Shown one piece after another: positions 13,238-25,134 of a stretch of 64,000 nucleotides of DNA. Origin of the DNA: Paecilomyces variotii. Its lineage: Eukaryota. The stretch lies in assembly GCA_004022145.1 (NCBI GenBank), contig RCNU01000003.1. One strand, 5' to 3'. How positions within the stretch are numbered: the stretch's first letter is position 1; every line of letters starts with the position of its first letter. The translations under genes and the position numbers were made by a program. The notes beneath the pieces are model-generated. The model was given only the letters and a program-made list of their open reading frames with translations. It was not told where the DNA came from and searched no databases.

Positions 13238-16163
13238 CTAGTGCAGTCTTCTGGCTGCTGGTTTCAGCAGCGCCTGGAAGGATGACTCGACGGCCTTCTT
13301 GAGTTCCTTGTAGCTCACGATGAAGCAGCTCTGTTCATCGCGGCTGATCAAGGTAATCTTCTCATCGGTGCCCGCATCCAGCTTGTTCAGACACGTCAGC
13401 ACATGCCCCAGGTCCACAACGGGATTGTTTTGCGCATCCACTTGGTGGAACACATAATCCCGGAAAAGCTTCAGGAAGTATCGCTCTCCATTTTCAGACC
13501 ATTGCCGGTCGTGCTCATATTCGGGTCGCTCGTTGATAAAGTTCAGTTTCGCCATCAGTCGCACGAGTCGTCCGTTTTCGAGTTCACGGCTCAGATCGGA
13601 CGTCAGCTGGTCATCCAGATGGAGCGCGGAATCGAAGGTGGACATCAGCTGCGACGAAATACCAGTAATGAAGATGTCAATATTGCGTTCCTGATCCTTC
13701 TGCAGAGCGTTCAAGAGCCAGAAGACCGAATTCTTCAGTTGAGGACTGTAAGCCCGTGTAAAGTGCTCCATTGCCTTGGTAGGGTTGTGCATGACGTTGG
13801 GAGAGTTCGCACCCAGGGTCACGATCAGCTGACCGAAATTGACGAGATCCTGGTGCTGGAGTTCCGTAATCGATCGCTGTGTGTCGTGCTGCACCACGTC
13901 CATGATTGCACACGCGTTAAGCCGGATCCGATTCTTGCCCGTTAACAAGATCTTGCTTGGGTCAATGATCCGTGCTGCCAGTCCATTGCTATGAATCGCT
14001 TTCAGAGCATTGGCGATTTGAGTCATGTAGCCCCAGAGCACCTGCTCCGGGATATGGGTGTTATGACGATTCTGGAACCGATTTCCGGCTCCCAAGTGCT
14101 GCTCGGCAAGAGTCTTGGACAGAGGATGGTAATCCATCACGAAGATCAGGGAACTGTCTTGGAAGCTTCGGTTCGTGAACGCGTCGTGGATAGTCACCAC
14201 ACTCCCATTGCAGACGCGCTTCCATGATTGCACGGACCGAATTGCCTTCTCATTAGTCAAGCGGAAGCCTAAAGGCGAGTAGTTAGACGTGTCTGCCTTC
14301 TCCATATAAATCGCATATCAAGCATACCTTCTAATCTGCGAAGTACATAGAAGTTGCCGTCTTTGCTGGACTGGGCTTTATACACCCAGCTTGGGTAGCC
14401 AAATATGGTCGCGTTTTTCTGGTTGTTCAGGTCCAAGGGAACCAGCGAGTGAAAATAGTCGACTTGGGCGGGCAACGAGGAGTCTTTGACGGTTAGTGAA
14501 AATGGCCCTCATGATAGGCTAAATGACTGCAACATACTCGGCAACGTTTGCAACGTAGCAGCGGCTTTCTTTTGCAATTCTTCCCGGAAATCATTGGGCA
14601 GGAAGAAGTCGTGCACATTCCGCTGATAGCCAAGGGTATTCTGGTTGTGCGGACCAATGGGTGCATATAGGTGATATTGAAGCTATATTCTCATCAGCAA
14701 GACCAAGAAAGTAAAGGGAAATGCCCATACCGGTTGCTGGAAACCACTCTGACCAGCAAAAAAGGCGGCTCCGCTCAATGCGGCCGCATCGTGTGCATAC
14801 GGGTTGGCCTGAACCGGACCCACGGCGCCCGCAGCAGTGAGCGGAGCGGTCGCTGTCACAAAAGGATCATATGCAGCGGCTGATGCCAAAACACCGTTGC
14901 CGTTTCCTTGGAGAGATGCCTGGAAGATTGGATCAGCATCCGGTGCGCTCATGTACGATCTTTGTCTTTTGGGATGAGATCGGGGGTCTGTCCACGTCCT
15001 GCCAGACTCGATTTCGGGAGAGGAACAATGAGGGGAATCAGGAAAGAACATGGGGAGAGAGGTAGATCGTAAAGATCGGGGATGAAAGGCGTCCGCCAAA
15101 GCATTGAGACTGCGCTGCAAGCGAAGACGATGATTGTAGCCTGAGGGGAAATCATCCATAACGCACGACAGATGGTACTCCTTTCTTGACCTTCACAAGA
15201 TGTGTGCTGGCTGGTCGAGACTTAGATGGAAAAGAGAGAATTGCAAAGATCTCGTGATGGAAAAGCAATGCTTCATGTTAGGCTCAGGGGTTGACGTTGC
15301 AAGGCAAGGGCAACGGCTGAAAGAGGCAGCTTGTCGCTTATACTTGGAAAGAGCAGTTCTTACCACTTGCGTTGCATCGAAGCCGTGGGGCACAAAATCC
15401 TGTATTTCTGCCACAGACCAGTCCGGTGTAGCTGCATCTTGTCGTATGGATGGAGAGCTGGTGTTAGATCCTGGTGTACGTTCAGCCAACGTCTTCGTTC
15501 TGAACAAACAGACGAGGGTACCATACGCGACGCGACACTCTTGGGAAGAAATGGAGCAGCGTTGGCCGCTTTAGGGGAGATTGTGGTCGTTTTCTTCGTA
15601 GTCGATGTGCCGTTGGCGGCTAGTAGAGACGGAGTAAAGCTGGGAGAATCGACATTTAATCGCTTCTTACTGCCATTACTGCGACCAGAGCGTAAGCCAT
15701 CCTGCCACTGCCATATACACATTGCATCCCTGCCAACATAGGGACGCCCGTTATCAGGGGTGATCTAACCTGTCCGAATGATGTGCCGAGTTGACTTTAT
15801 GAGGGTCATGGTTAAAGGCGCAGCCTTAATATATAGATCCCACGGTTAGATGACATTACGGTAGACTATACAGAGGCAGGTGAGGAGTAACCGCAGTACC
15901 TTTGTCTTCATATCGACATCGGCCGTAGATGGTGACATTGCGACACAATGTATCTTTCGCGTTTTCTGCTGCAACCGCCCGTTAGCACGCATGGTTTCTT
16001 TCAACCATTTCATCCCCACCCGCTGCTTCTGCACCTCGTGATTTGCATCGTGGTCGTCGCAGTAAACAGATAAGCTGCGCATCCACTCACCTCGGCCCTT
16101 TAACTTGGGCGATCCCATACTGCGACGGGAATCGTCCAGATTCGACTTCCCCGTGGAAGCCAT
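13238..16163 (-). CDS. PAN3: PAN2-PAN3 deadenylase subunit Pan3 (CCCH finger, PAM2 motif, pseudokinase, C-terminal knob); 9 exons by my splicing
   Basis: Spliced CCCH finger 'CRNVTIYGRCRYEDK|GCAFNHD', PAM2 'LNVDSPSFTP', 'LSRELENGRLVRL' and 'WSENGERYFLKLFRDYVFHQVD'. Canonical introns reconstruct one frame. Confidence 0.95.
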
Positions 16164-16978
16164 GATACCCACAATCAGCAGCCCGGATCAGCGCAGGATG
16201 ATCCCCATTGATCCGAACGCAAGGAAAAGCAGATGATCGGAGGTGTGCCGAAAAAACCACATTCCTTCACCCCCAAGAGGTGAGCTGGCTCGGGCTATCC
16301 AAGGATCAGGTACCGCGTCAGGCCCGCGGCAGTGCACACGCAACCTTGGAGCGAAGGGGCGGCAGGAAAAAGTCCAAGAAATTCGTAGATAGGGGAATAG
16401 GAATCCAAATGGCCAGATATCGTCAGTAAAAATAATATCCAGAAAGAAATATGGAGGGAGGGACAGGCCCTGCTCAAGCCCATGGGAGGAGGGGGATCCT
16501 GATGATGGTGGAGGGCGGCGTGAGACTCGAAGATCCCCAGCGGGCGCGAGGTGGAGCGAGCACAGACCAGCCGAAAGGCGCGCGCCTACAGTGAGTTTAG
16601 TAGCAGTTATCAGGCGGTACTTGGCTCTGCTTAGACTTTAGGCGGCATCGGAAGTACCTGCTGTCAGACCCGGCGATGACGGAGCTGCTTCGGGCCAGCT
16701 CGACAGGTCCGACGGCCACCTTCTTCTCATCACACACTCAGTGCTACGCTCAGTGGCTGACACTGTACTTAACGCCACCAGGCAGGAAGAACTGACACTG
16801 CTGTCTGAATAGCAGTTGCTTCCAACTTACTCGACGAGTCTCATTGTGTATCATAGATCCGCCAGAGTTGCTGCGGGTGAGGTGCCAGAACCTCCGGCTC
16901 ATGGAGCTGGCTAGCTAGCTCTCTGCGCGTTGCTCTTCGAAGGATACCAGATATACATGGAAGTGACCCTATTCCACC

Positions 16979-18603
16979 ATGTCTGCAGATGAAATAGACA
17001 TTGCGGAGCTCTCTCCGAGCGAGCAAGAAGCTCTGCAGACCTACACGACGGTAACGGGCCAGGAACCATCTGCAGCGATACCACTTCTGCGTCGTTCGCA
17101 ATGGAATGTCCAGGTATGTGCATGGCATTATTGTCTATGTACTTATGATACTCTGCATACATCTGATTACTGACATACCGCGCGTAGATTGCCATCTCGA
17201 AGTTCTTCGACGGGGAGGGCCCAGATCCTGTGGAGGAAGCTCGGGCTGCTCTCCACACCCCATCCCCGCCCCGAGCAAACCGCCAGACACAGAATCTAAT
17301 GATGGACGATCTTTCTCGACGACCTGCTCTGTTTTCTCGGGCTGTTGAGCCTGCTCCTCGAATCCTGACTCAGCCGGAAGACCAGCCAACTTATCGACCC
17401 CCGTTTATACTCGCGCTCTTCTTCACACCATTCAATCTTCTCTACCGTCTGCTTTGCAGCTCTTTCCGGTTATTTGGAGCTCTATTCCCCTTCCTGCCGC
17501 GTTTCCTCAACGTCACTGCGAACCCAGCACTTCAAGGTGTACGACGAGATACTCGCGGACGCAGACCCCTCGGCCCCAAAGACACGGCAGCCAGGTTTAT
17601 CCGCGAATTCGAGGAAGAATACGGCTCTCATTCCCTTCCGTTCCTGGAAAATGGATATAACATGGCTCTGGAGAAGGCCCACAGGGATCTCAAATTCTTG
17701 CTGGTAGTCCTTCTTTCACCAGAGCATGATGACACCACAACCTGGGTCCGGGAGACTCTGCTCTCTCGAGAGGTGACAGATTACCTCAATGACCCTTCTA
17801 ACAACTTCCTGATTTGGGGTGGGAACGTGCTAGACTCAGAGGCTTATCAAGTGGCCAATTCCTTGCGCTGCACCAAATTCCCTTTTGCATCCGTAATCGT
17901 ACACACCCCTAATGTCTCCTCCACGGCAATGTCAGTCATCACGAGGATAGCGGGCAACACAACTCCCTCTGAGTTCGTCGAGAAACTGAGAACAGCTGCA
18001 GCACAGCACCGCGAGCCACTAGACCGGGTTCGTTCAACGCGCGCAGAGCAACAGGCCTCGCGTAGCCTTCGAGAGCAACAGGATTCCGCATACGAACGGT
18101 CCCTAGCTCAGGATCGGGAACGAGCGCGACAGCGCCGTGAAGCCGAGGCGGCCCGACAGCGCGAGGAACAGGAAGCTGCCGCAAGAAGGGCGGCAGAAGA
18201 GAAATTGAAGCGGGATCGGGAGCAGTGGAAGAAGTGGCGCATACAGTCCCTCCCTGCTGAACCTGGCCCCGACGTCAAGGATGCTGTGCGTGTAAGCGTC
18301 CGATTACCGTCTGGTGAGAGGGTCATCCGCAAATTTGCGGCCGATGCAGATATCGAGGAGCTCTACGCTTTTGTTGAATGTTACGATGTTCTTCAGGCGG
18401 CTGAAGGGGCAGACGGCACCGAGAAGACGCCAGAACCTGAGGGTTTCGAACATAAGTATCCCTTCCGACTAGTATCTCCCATGCCTCGGACGGTCTTTGA
18501 AGTTGAAGCAGGTGGGTCTGTCCGCGAGCGTATCGGCCGGGGAGGAAACCTTGTGGTAGAGCCTATAGATGACGATGAGGAGGAAGAGGAGGACGAATCT
18601 TAA
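16979..18603 (+). CDS. UBA-UAS-UBX domain Cdc48 adaptor (Ubx2/Ubx3/FAF2-like); 2 exons
   Basis: N-terminal UBA-like 'LQTYTTVTGQ...LRRSQWNVQ|IAISKFFD' (intron 17114-17187), hydrophobic hairpin, UAS 'KFLLVVLLSPEHDD', coiled coil, and UBX 'VRLPSGERVIRKF...LVSPMPR'. Confidence 0.9.
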
Positions 18604-18832
18604 ATATAACATTAAATCATAGCCGCCTTCTGCGAGCCTATTCAAACCAGACCGTACAGTCATTCTCGATACTGACTCAAATCCACATGGTCCCAGATGT
18701 CTGTTCCAATGGTAATAGGCCGCCAAAAGAAAAGAAGAGAGAAATTTACCTTATATGTGTATTTCCACTTCAATTAACTAATAATAATAAAAGGTAAAAC
18801 TTGAAACTATCGCACTAGCTTCACCACAATGC

Positions 18833-19729
18833 TCAATTGGTATACACTCCCGCCTTGATGTCCTCGAGAAGAGTCCGTCCCGACGGCGTCCATCCGAGCT
18901 GCTCCTGGGTCTTCTTGCTCGAGGACGGGTTATCTATGCTAACAACATTGGCCATGAAACCATCGAAATGCTTAGAAGCCTCCTCGCGTGTTTTAGAGAC
19001 CGTCGGAACCCCCAACGCTTGCCCAAGAGCTCCGGCGATATCTTTCATCGCAACTCCCTCTTCACCAACAGCATGGTATCTCGCGCCGGCAGTACCATTT
19101 TCCAAGGCCAAGCGGAACAGACGAGCCGCGTCGGTGCGGTGGACAGCTGGCCAGCGGTTGTGTCCATCACCAACGAAGACAGATTGGCCCTTTGCGCGCG
19201 CCACCTGACCAATCATATAGATAAATCCGTGGTCACCGTCACCGTGGACAGTGGGTGGGAGACGAACAGCAGATCCGCGCACGCCCTGGCTGGCAAGCTT
19301 CGAGACCTCATCTTCGGTAGCGGCGCGGATATTGATCGGGTTGCTCAAGTCCGCACCTGAATCTTCCGTGGCAATCGGACAGCTCTGAAGCATCACTGTG
19401 CCGGAAGCTATCACCAGCGGACGATTGGATCCGGCAAGGGCAGCACCGAGAGCGAGGACAGCTTCATTATTGACCCTGACGTTCTCTGCGAATTTGGTGA
19501 AGTCATGGTCGAAGGCAAGGTGGATAACGCCATCTGATTCGGATGCGCCACGCTTGAGGATTTCGGTGTCTTCGATCGACCCATTGATCACATCGACGCC
19601 TTTACTTTGTAGCCATTTGGCTGAAGATTCGGAACGGGCAAGGCCGACGACGGTGTGGCCGGCCTCGAGGAGGTCGTCCACAATCGCTTGGCCGATAAAA
19701 CCTGCGGCACCGGTAACGAAAACGCGCAT
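18833..19729 (-). CDS. Atypical SDR / NAD-dependent epimerase-dehydratase family oxidoreductase; intronless
   Basis: Rossmann motif MRVFVTGAAGFIG, plus GVIHLAFDHDF, VRLPPTVHG and RWPAVHRTDAARLF. Confidence 0.9.
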   Translation of the reverse strand: MRVFVTGAAGFIGQAIVDDLLEAGHTVVGLARSESSAKWLQSKGVDVINGSIEDTEILKRGASESDGVIHLAFDHDFTKFAENVRVNNEAVLALGAALAGSNRPLVIASGTVMLQSCPIATEDSGADLSNPINIRAATEDEVSKLASQGVRGSAVRLPPTVHGDGDHGFIYMIGQVARAKGQSVFVGDGHNRWPAVHRTDAARLFRLALENGTAGARYHAVGEEGVAMKDIAGALGQALGVPTVSKTREEASKHFDGFMANVVSIDNPSSSKKTQEQLGWTPSGRTLLEDIKAGVYTN

Positions 19730-20236
19730 AGTGATATTTGGTTGATTTAACCGAGTGTGAAAGATGAACCTCTTGTTAATTGAACGATGTGGAAGTGTGC
19801 TGGAGTGTGCTGAAGTCTATAGTTCTTTTGCCGGCTACCAGACAGGTATTTATATGCCTGGTAGGCAGAACATAGTAGCAGCTCCACAGCGGATATAAAG
19901 CCATTAGGCCCGTTTTTGTCCTAAAACAATTCTTCTGGACAGTTAGTCAAGATGTTAGTCTATAGCTCTTGAGCATCTTCCATTGCGAACTGTAGAAAGC
20001 CAAAACATTGTCCAAACCTCAAATACGAGTGCGGGTTAGCGCGGTTTTGCCGGCGGCCAATCGGGGCCGGACAACCCGCGCGGAGTTAAGCAAACGACTC
20101 AACGTAATGACCGAAGCTATTCCTGCATTCGTATTCCATCTTTCCATCTTTCCATCTTTCCACCTTAACTACCTAGGTACCTAAGTTACCTAAATTATCC
20201 TATCTTTTCAAATTGCAAGGAAATGTGAGAACAGAA

Positions 20237-21583
20237 ATGCCATCTCCGCAGTCGGGCGCGGGAGAACTTCCTCCCCGCAGACGTCGAGCACATACCAAGT
20301 CGCGACGGGGCTGTCGGAACTGCAAGCTTCGTCGAGTCAAAGTAAGCGCCCCAGTCAGTCAGGAATAGGAACGTGCTGATAGCCGCTATCAAAGTGTGAT
20401 GAAGGCGAACCCAGTTGCCAGAAATGTCTCCTCTTCAGAGTGGCCTGCAATTACAATGCACCTGATGTTCCGGACTTACAACTAGCATCGCACGAGAGAC
20501 CTGGCAGTACCTCTCCACAGACCAATTATGGCCAGATTGTGTTTGACATGAAACCCAATCTCACACTGCTTCGTCCAGTGGTTACTATTGGGAATAAACA
20601 TAGCTCTTTCAATTTGGACTTGGAGAGTATTGCTCGTCTGGACAAATTCAGACATCGTACCGCATTCACCTTTGCAACCGCGATCAATCTCGAATCATAT
20701 CAGAATGATGTGGTGCAGCTTGCGATAGAAGTGAGACCGCATTACCCCAATTGATTCTTGCATTTGGTTTTGACTGGTAATTATTCAGAACCCGTTCTTG
20801 ATGCATGCAATTTTAACCGTCACAGCTACGCATGATCGTCATTTGTCCATGTCCCCAGACAATACAAGACGATCCCTCACAGAGGCTTATCATTGGTCAC
20901 GCTGTGCTGCGTTGCTCAATGAGAAACTATCGGCTCCAATCAAACCACAGGACCGTGATCCTCTGTGGGCTGCGGCCGCTATGCTGGGTATACTTGATAT
21001 CTCTTCTATCGAGGCATCATCTCCAGAGGAAGCGTGGCCGCTCAAATCCTCTGATCCATCCGATCTGAACTGGCTATCATTTGCACAGGGGAAACATGCA
21101 GTCTGGAAAGCGACCAATCCACTGCGGGCGGATAGTCTTTTCAGTAAAATGGCGGACGAATATCGAATACTCATGACCAAGCCACCGCCGTGTGAGATAA
21201 AGGATATTCCTCCGGAGTTTGTCCGCTTATGTCACCTGGACCAATCAGTGCCACTTCATCAGAATCCGTATTACTCCGCTGTCTCCATCGTGGCTCGACT
21301 TTGGGATGTCCCATGCACCCAGGCGTCCATGATCCAGTATCTCAAATTCTTGGGGTTCATGGAACCGGCCTTTAAATCCTTTTTACACGGTAAGGATCCG
21401 CGTGCGCTGTTAATTACTGCGTTTTGGTACGGACCCATGTGTGACTCCCTTTGGTGGATTGCGCGACGGGCTCGGTTGGAATGCCAAGCGATCTGTTTGT
21501 ATTTGGAGAGGTATCACGCCGAGGAGACAGAGATCCAGCGAATGCTAGAACGACCGAAAAGGCAGTGCGGGTTGGCAAGGTAA
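20237..21583 (+). CDS. Zn(II)2Cys6 transcription factor (Upc2/Ecm22-like architecture); 3 exons
   Basis: RRAHTKSRRGCRNCKLRRVK|CDEGEPSCQKC...CNY across intron 20342-20394. Intron 20731-20788 gives NPFLMHAIL. C-terminal 'DPRALLITAFWY...WW'. Confidence 0.88.
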
Positions 21584-22264
21584 ACAATACTCACTCAACG
21601 CCTCCCCAGACCATCGAGGTCAGTATATGTGAGAAGCGTGTCCCGCGGCGCTGGCATAGTTTATATACTACCACTCTCGTAAATATACTACCTATAGCTG
21701 GGTCTTGGCACCGTATTAATGAACTGCTGAATTACTGCGAATACATACGTATAATAGTAACGATAAAAGACCGCCTTTGGCGTTTGTTTCGAGTCTCGAT
21801 CATGAGGGCTCACATTTGCGCCGCAGCCCCCCGTGACCGAGGATCATAGCTGGGCAGGATCCAGGCAGAATGCCTACCAAACCTATCTGGGAAGAACATC
21901 TCGAAGTTAATACAATATGTATCAATAAAAGACTGTGAATGACACTGAGGTAGGCAACAAAGTATCCTAGGAGGAGTATATTCTTCTTTATCCCCCGCTA
22001 GTCCTAGGCCACACCTGCCACCTCATCTGCACCGAACTCTTTTTATTATTTTGTTATCAAACTATAGTTTAGGACTAACTCTAGCCCGTCGTTATACTGG
22101 TTCTTAATTATCTACTACTTGTGCATTTGAGATATAATACTATATCTACGCCGACGACCCTCTTGGGCCGAAGAAGTCCTATCTAATATTTGTCAATATA
22201 TACCAGGCTTTGTTACAATCTCGACTTAAAGTCTTCAAGGTTTTCTTTATACATTCCAAAATCC

Positions 22265-23418
22265 ATGACAGCCACCAGTCGTATACCATTAATTAGATTC
22301 AGTCCAAGCAGCTCACCACGGAAGAGAAAGATGCTTCTGGATGACGAGAAGATCAGTGAAATTCTTAGAGATCTCGATGACGAAGATGTGACTGTTCAGA
22401 AACTGAAAGCTTTCCTGAACGATGCCGAACAACTGACGCAGCAATTAACACCTTCCAAGAAAGCCAGGCTGGGAGCTCAAATAATTCAGGCATCGAGCCT
22501 GGAAAACCTTAGCCACGTCGTGCAGATGTTCAGCCTCGAGTATCTTGAAGACGAACCCTATATATGGAGAGTGCCAGAAGGGTCAGACGTGCGTCTCTCG
22601 GACGAAGCAGGTACAGTACAGTACAGTTACATCTTGACTTGATATAGATATATAATATTGATATTATTTCAGAAGCACTACTTACTAGAATGCGCCGCGC
22701 GAGTTTCTGGGGTGATCGAGGATCGGCGGACGGCCTCTCACGCACTCTGATCGACATTGTATTGTTCGATCGAATGGATGCCCACCAGGAAGAACTGGCC
22801 GCTAGAAAGTTATCCATTCGCGGAGAAGTTCCTCTTGAGGCCGTTATCTCTTCTGAAAATGAAATCATAGTCGTGGGTAATGCAGACTATGCGTTAGGGT
22901 ACGATCCAGTTATTCCTATGAATTCGAAAGGTTTTGAGAGCATATCTGTGGTTGTGGAAGCCAAGAGAGAAACTAGCGAGACACAGGCGGTTGGAATTGC
23001 CCAAGCAGTGGCCTATATGGTCGGCATTAGACAGAAGCGGATGAATTTGAGGAAACCCAAGAGTATCGTCCATATTACTACGTATGGCATGGTTTCTGAT
23101 GGAATTTACTGGACGTTCTTGCGTCTAGACGGGAAGCGCTTGCAAGTTTCTAGCTCACTACGAATTTCCGATCCAGATCAACATTCCTCCGTCTACAAAT
23201 TCGTGGATGATATCGTTAGATCCACGATATCCCTGTCCCCTCACACCAATCCGCAGCGTTGCTTCCCAGCCACTCAAGAGCGTTGGCTAAATAATATAGA
23301 GCCTCCTATATTCGGAAGGCCAGCTCCAACCATGCAGCAATTGTTGGAGAGCCCCGAGAAGGACTTCATCAGTCCCGCCGAAGACTATGACAATATCGAA
23401 CTCCAAGACATTGAGTAA
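22265..23418 (+). CDS. Putative PD-(D/E)XK restriction-endonuclease-fold protein (about 363 aa); 2 exons
   Basis: Intron 22611-22672 joins the two ORFs in frame (DEA|EALLTRMRR). Motifs E(RGEVPL)...G-N-A-D-Y...VVVEAK...AQAVAYM...YGMVSDG..WTFL. Confidence 0.7.
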
Positions 23419-23703
23419 TTCGACGTGCAGCGGCCAGGACCTTCAGAAGTAAAGGTATGTAACTATAGATTTTCGCTTTATTTTACCTCTATCCAGGCTG
23501 ACATTATGGTGATTCATTACGTCGGCAGATTAACGCATGCAATTGGCTTAAGCTGCAGTGATCTGGACGTCCCAGGGTGAAAAGGTAAACAAACTACCTC
23601 CCTATATAAGCCGCTTCGTTTCGTGTCTAGCTTAATAGTTCTACGCTTTTCACACTTCTACCTACCTTCATAGCCTTGCTTCCGTGTCCTTCCGCACTAC
23701 AAG

Positions 23704-24128
23704 ATGGCTTCATCTATGATTGCTGTCTTCAACAGTGACATTATCAAGACGCTGACTATTCCTCACTGCGATGAGGTTGTTAGGACCAGTCGGGTATGCA
23801 GAGACTTGCAAAGGAATTGACATTTACTAACTCAAGATAGATGCGCGCCACCAAATGTGATTTTGTGGAAGTCCCCCCGTTGTTACTACATCCTCATCAA
23901 AACATTGTGGTGGCAAATCCTGGGAAATAGAGATGTATGTGCCATATCTCTGGATGGGAGCGTCTCGATCGTCTAATGGGTCTCCAGTTCGCATCGATGG
24001 AAGCCTATCAGGGCTATTTGGCGCATCTAGCGACCACTCTGCACAACAAATACCATCTCGATGTGCGCCCATCTGGGCTTTTTGAGGATGTTTTCTCTGC
24101 TATTTTTTTTTTTTTTTTTTTTTTTTTT
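23704..24128 (+). pseudogene. Degenerate spliced gene relic or short ORF ending in a T26 tract
   Basis: TATATAAG near 23603, ATG 23704, and two canonical-looking introns (GTATGC 23794..TAG 23840; GTATGT 23935..CTAAT..CAG 23987). Exon 2 needs a frameshift to continue into exon 3. Confidence 0.35.
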
Positions 24129-24778
24129 GTAGTTGGTGCCAATCAGAGCCAAACGCTCTTTATCTGCGCCCACGCCTCCAAAATGCTGATTACAGGAACG
24201 GTAACATCAAGTACCAGTATAGCAGGACGATGAGACTCTATGTTCGCAGCCATGTCACCAGCGACTCTGACTTTTCTAACTAGGCGGCAGGTTATACTCT
24301 TTACCGCGTAACCTTCTTTAAATAGATTCAAAGATGGTCAGATCTGTTATTATTCTATGTGAACTTGGAAAGAGCTAAATGGAGTCATGTGGGGTTATAA
24401 AATGATGCCTTTCTGCCAGTCGACCGAAAAGGAGAACTCCTTGTTGGTCTACCTGGATCGTCAAAGTACAATACATGGGAGCACAGTGAAGGGAGTTTCA
24501 TCGGAAATAGCTATATTCTTTCTCAGAAGTACTGGTCATTTTTGTTATCTTATCTATCTCATACAGTCCAGTTGATACAAAAAGAAGCATTACTACTATG
24601 TGCTATAATAGATAATAGAAGAGAATCTTAGAAGTTTGACTATCTAAAATTGCTTACGCGCAGCTCACTCCATGACGGCGACGGTAATTTAGCCTTTCCA
24701 AGTACGAGAGCGCACCTCGACTAATAGATTTGAGGAACGAAGATATAGGAAGATCCTGTCTCTGTATCAGATCCGACT

Positions 24779-24886
24779 ATGAATGATTATGACAAAACTG
24801 CTCGTGAGCTCATGGAGATCGATCCTAATGGCGACGTTGCCCTTTGTGTAGAGTTGATGGACTTTTTGCATTATCAAAGATCCTGA
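24779..24886 (+). pseudogene. Truncated fragment resembling the start of a fungal BTB/POZ-domain protein
   Basis: MNDYDKTARELMEIDPNGDVALCVE resembles the 'IDPxGDVxLxV' first strand of fungal BTB proteins, then terminates after 35 codons. Confidence 0.35.
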
Positions 24887-25134
24887 GCATGGCATTTAGT
24901 TAGCTTTCCTGACACCTAGCTAGAGTCCTGAATTCAAGCTTCCTATTAGAAATCCCAAGAAGACATGAAAATAAATTAATTTTGACTGTGATACGTGTAT
25001 ACGAGCTCATCTAAAACATCTACCCTATTCTTTCTCACGCAATCATATCTGTAATATATCGCGCCGCGTTATAATCGAAGTTATTACTGGAATCATAGTA
25101 TATCCGACCGAACATTCAAGATATATATATCTAC

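Noticed and set aside
21900-25050. Accessory island as an intact transposon or Starship element
   Set aside because: No transposase, tyrosine recombinase, terminal repeats or target-site duplication could be identified.
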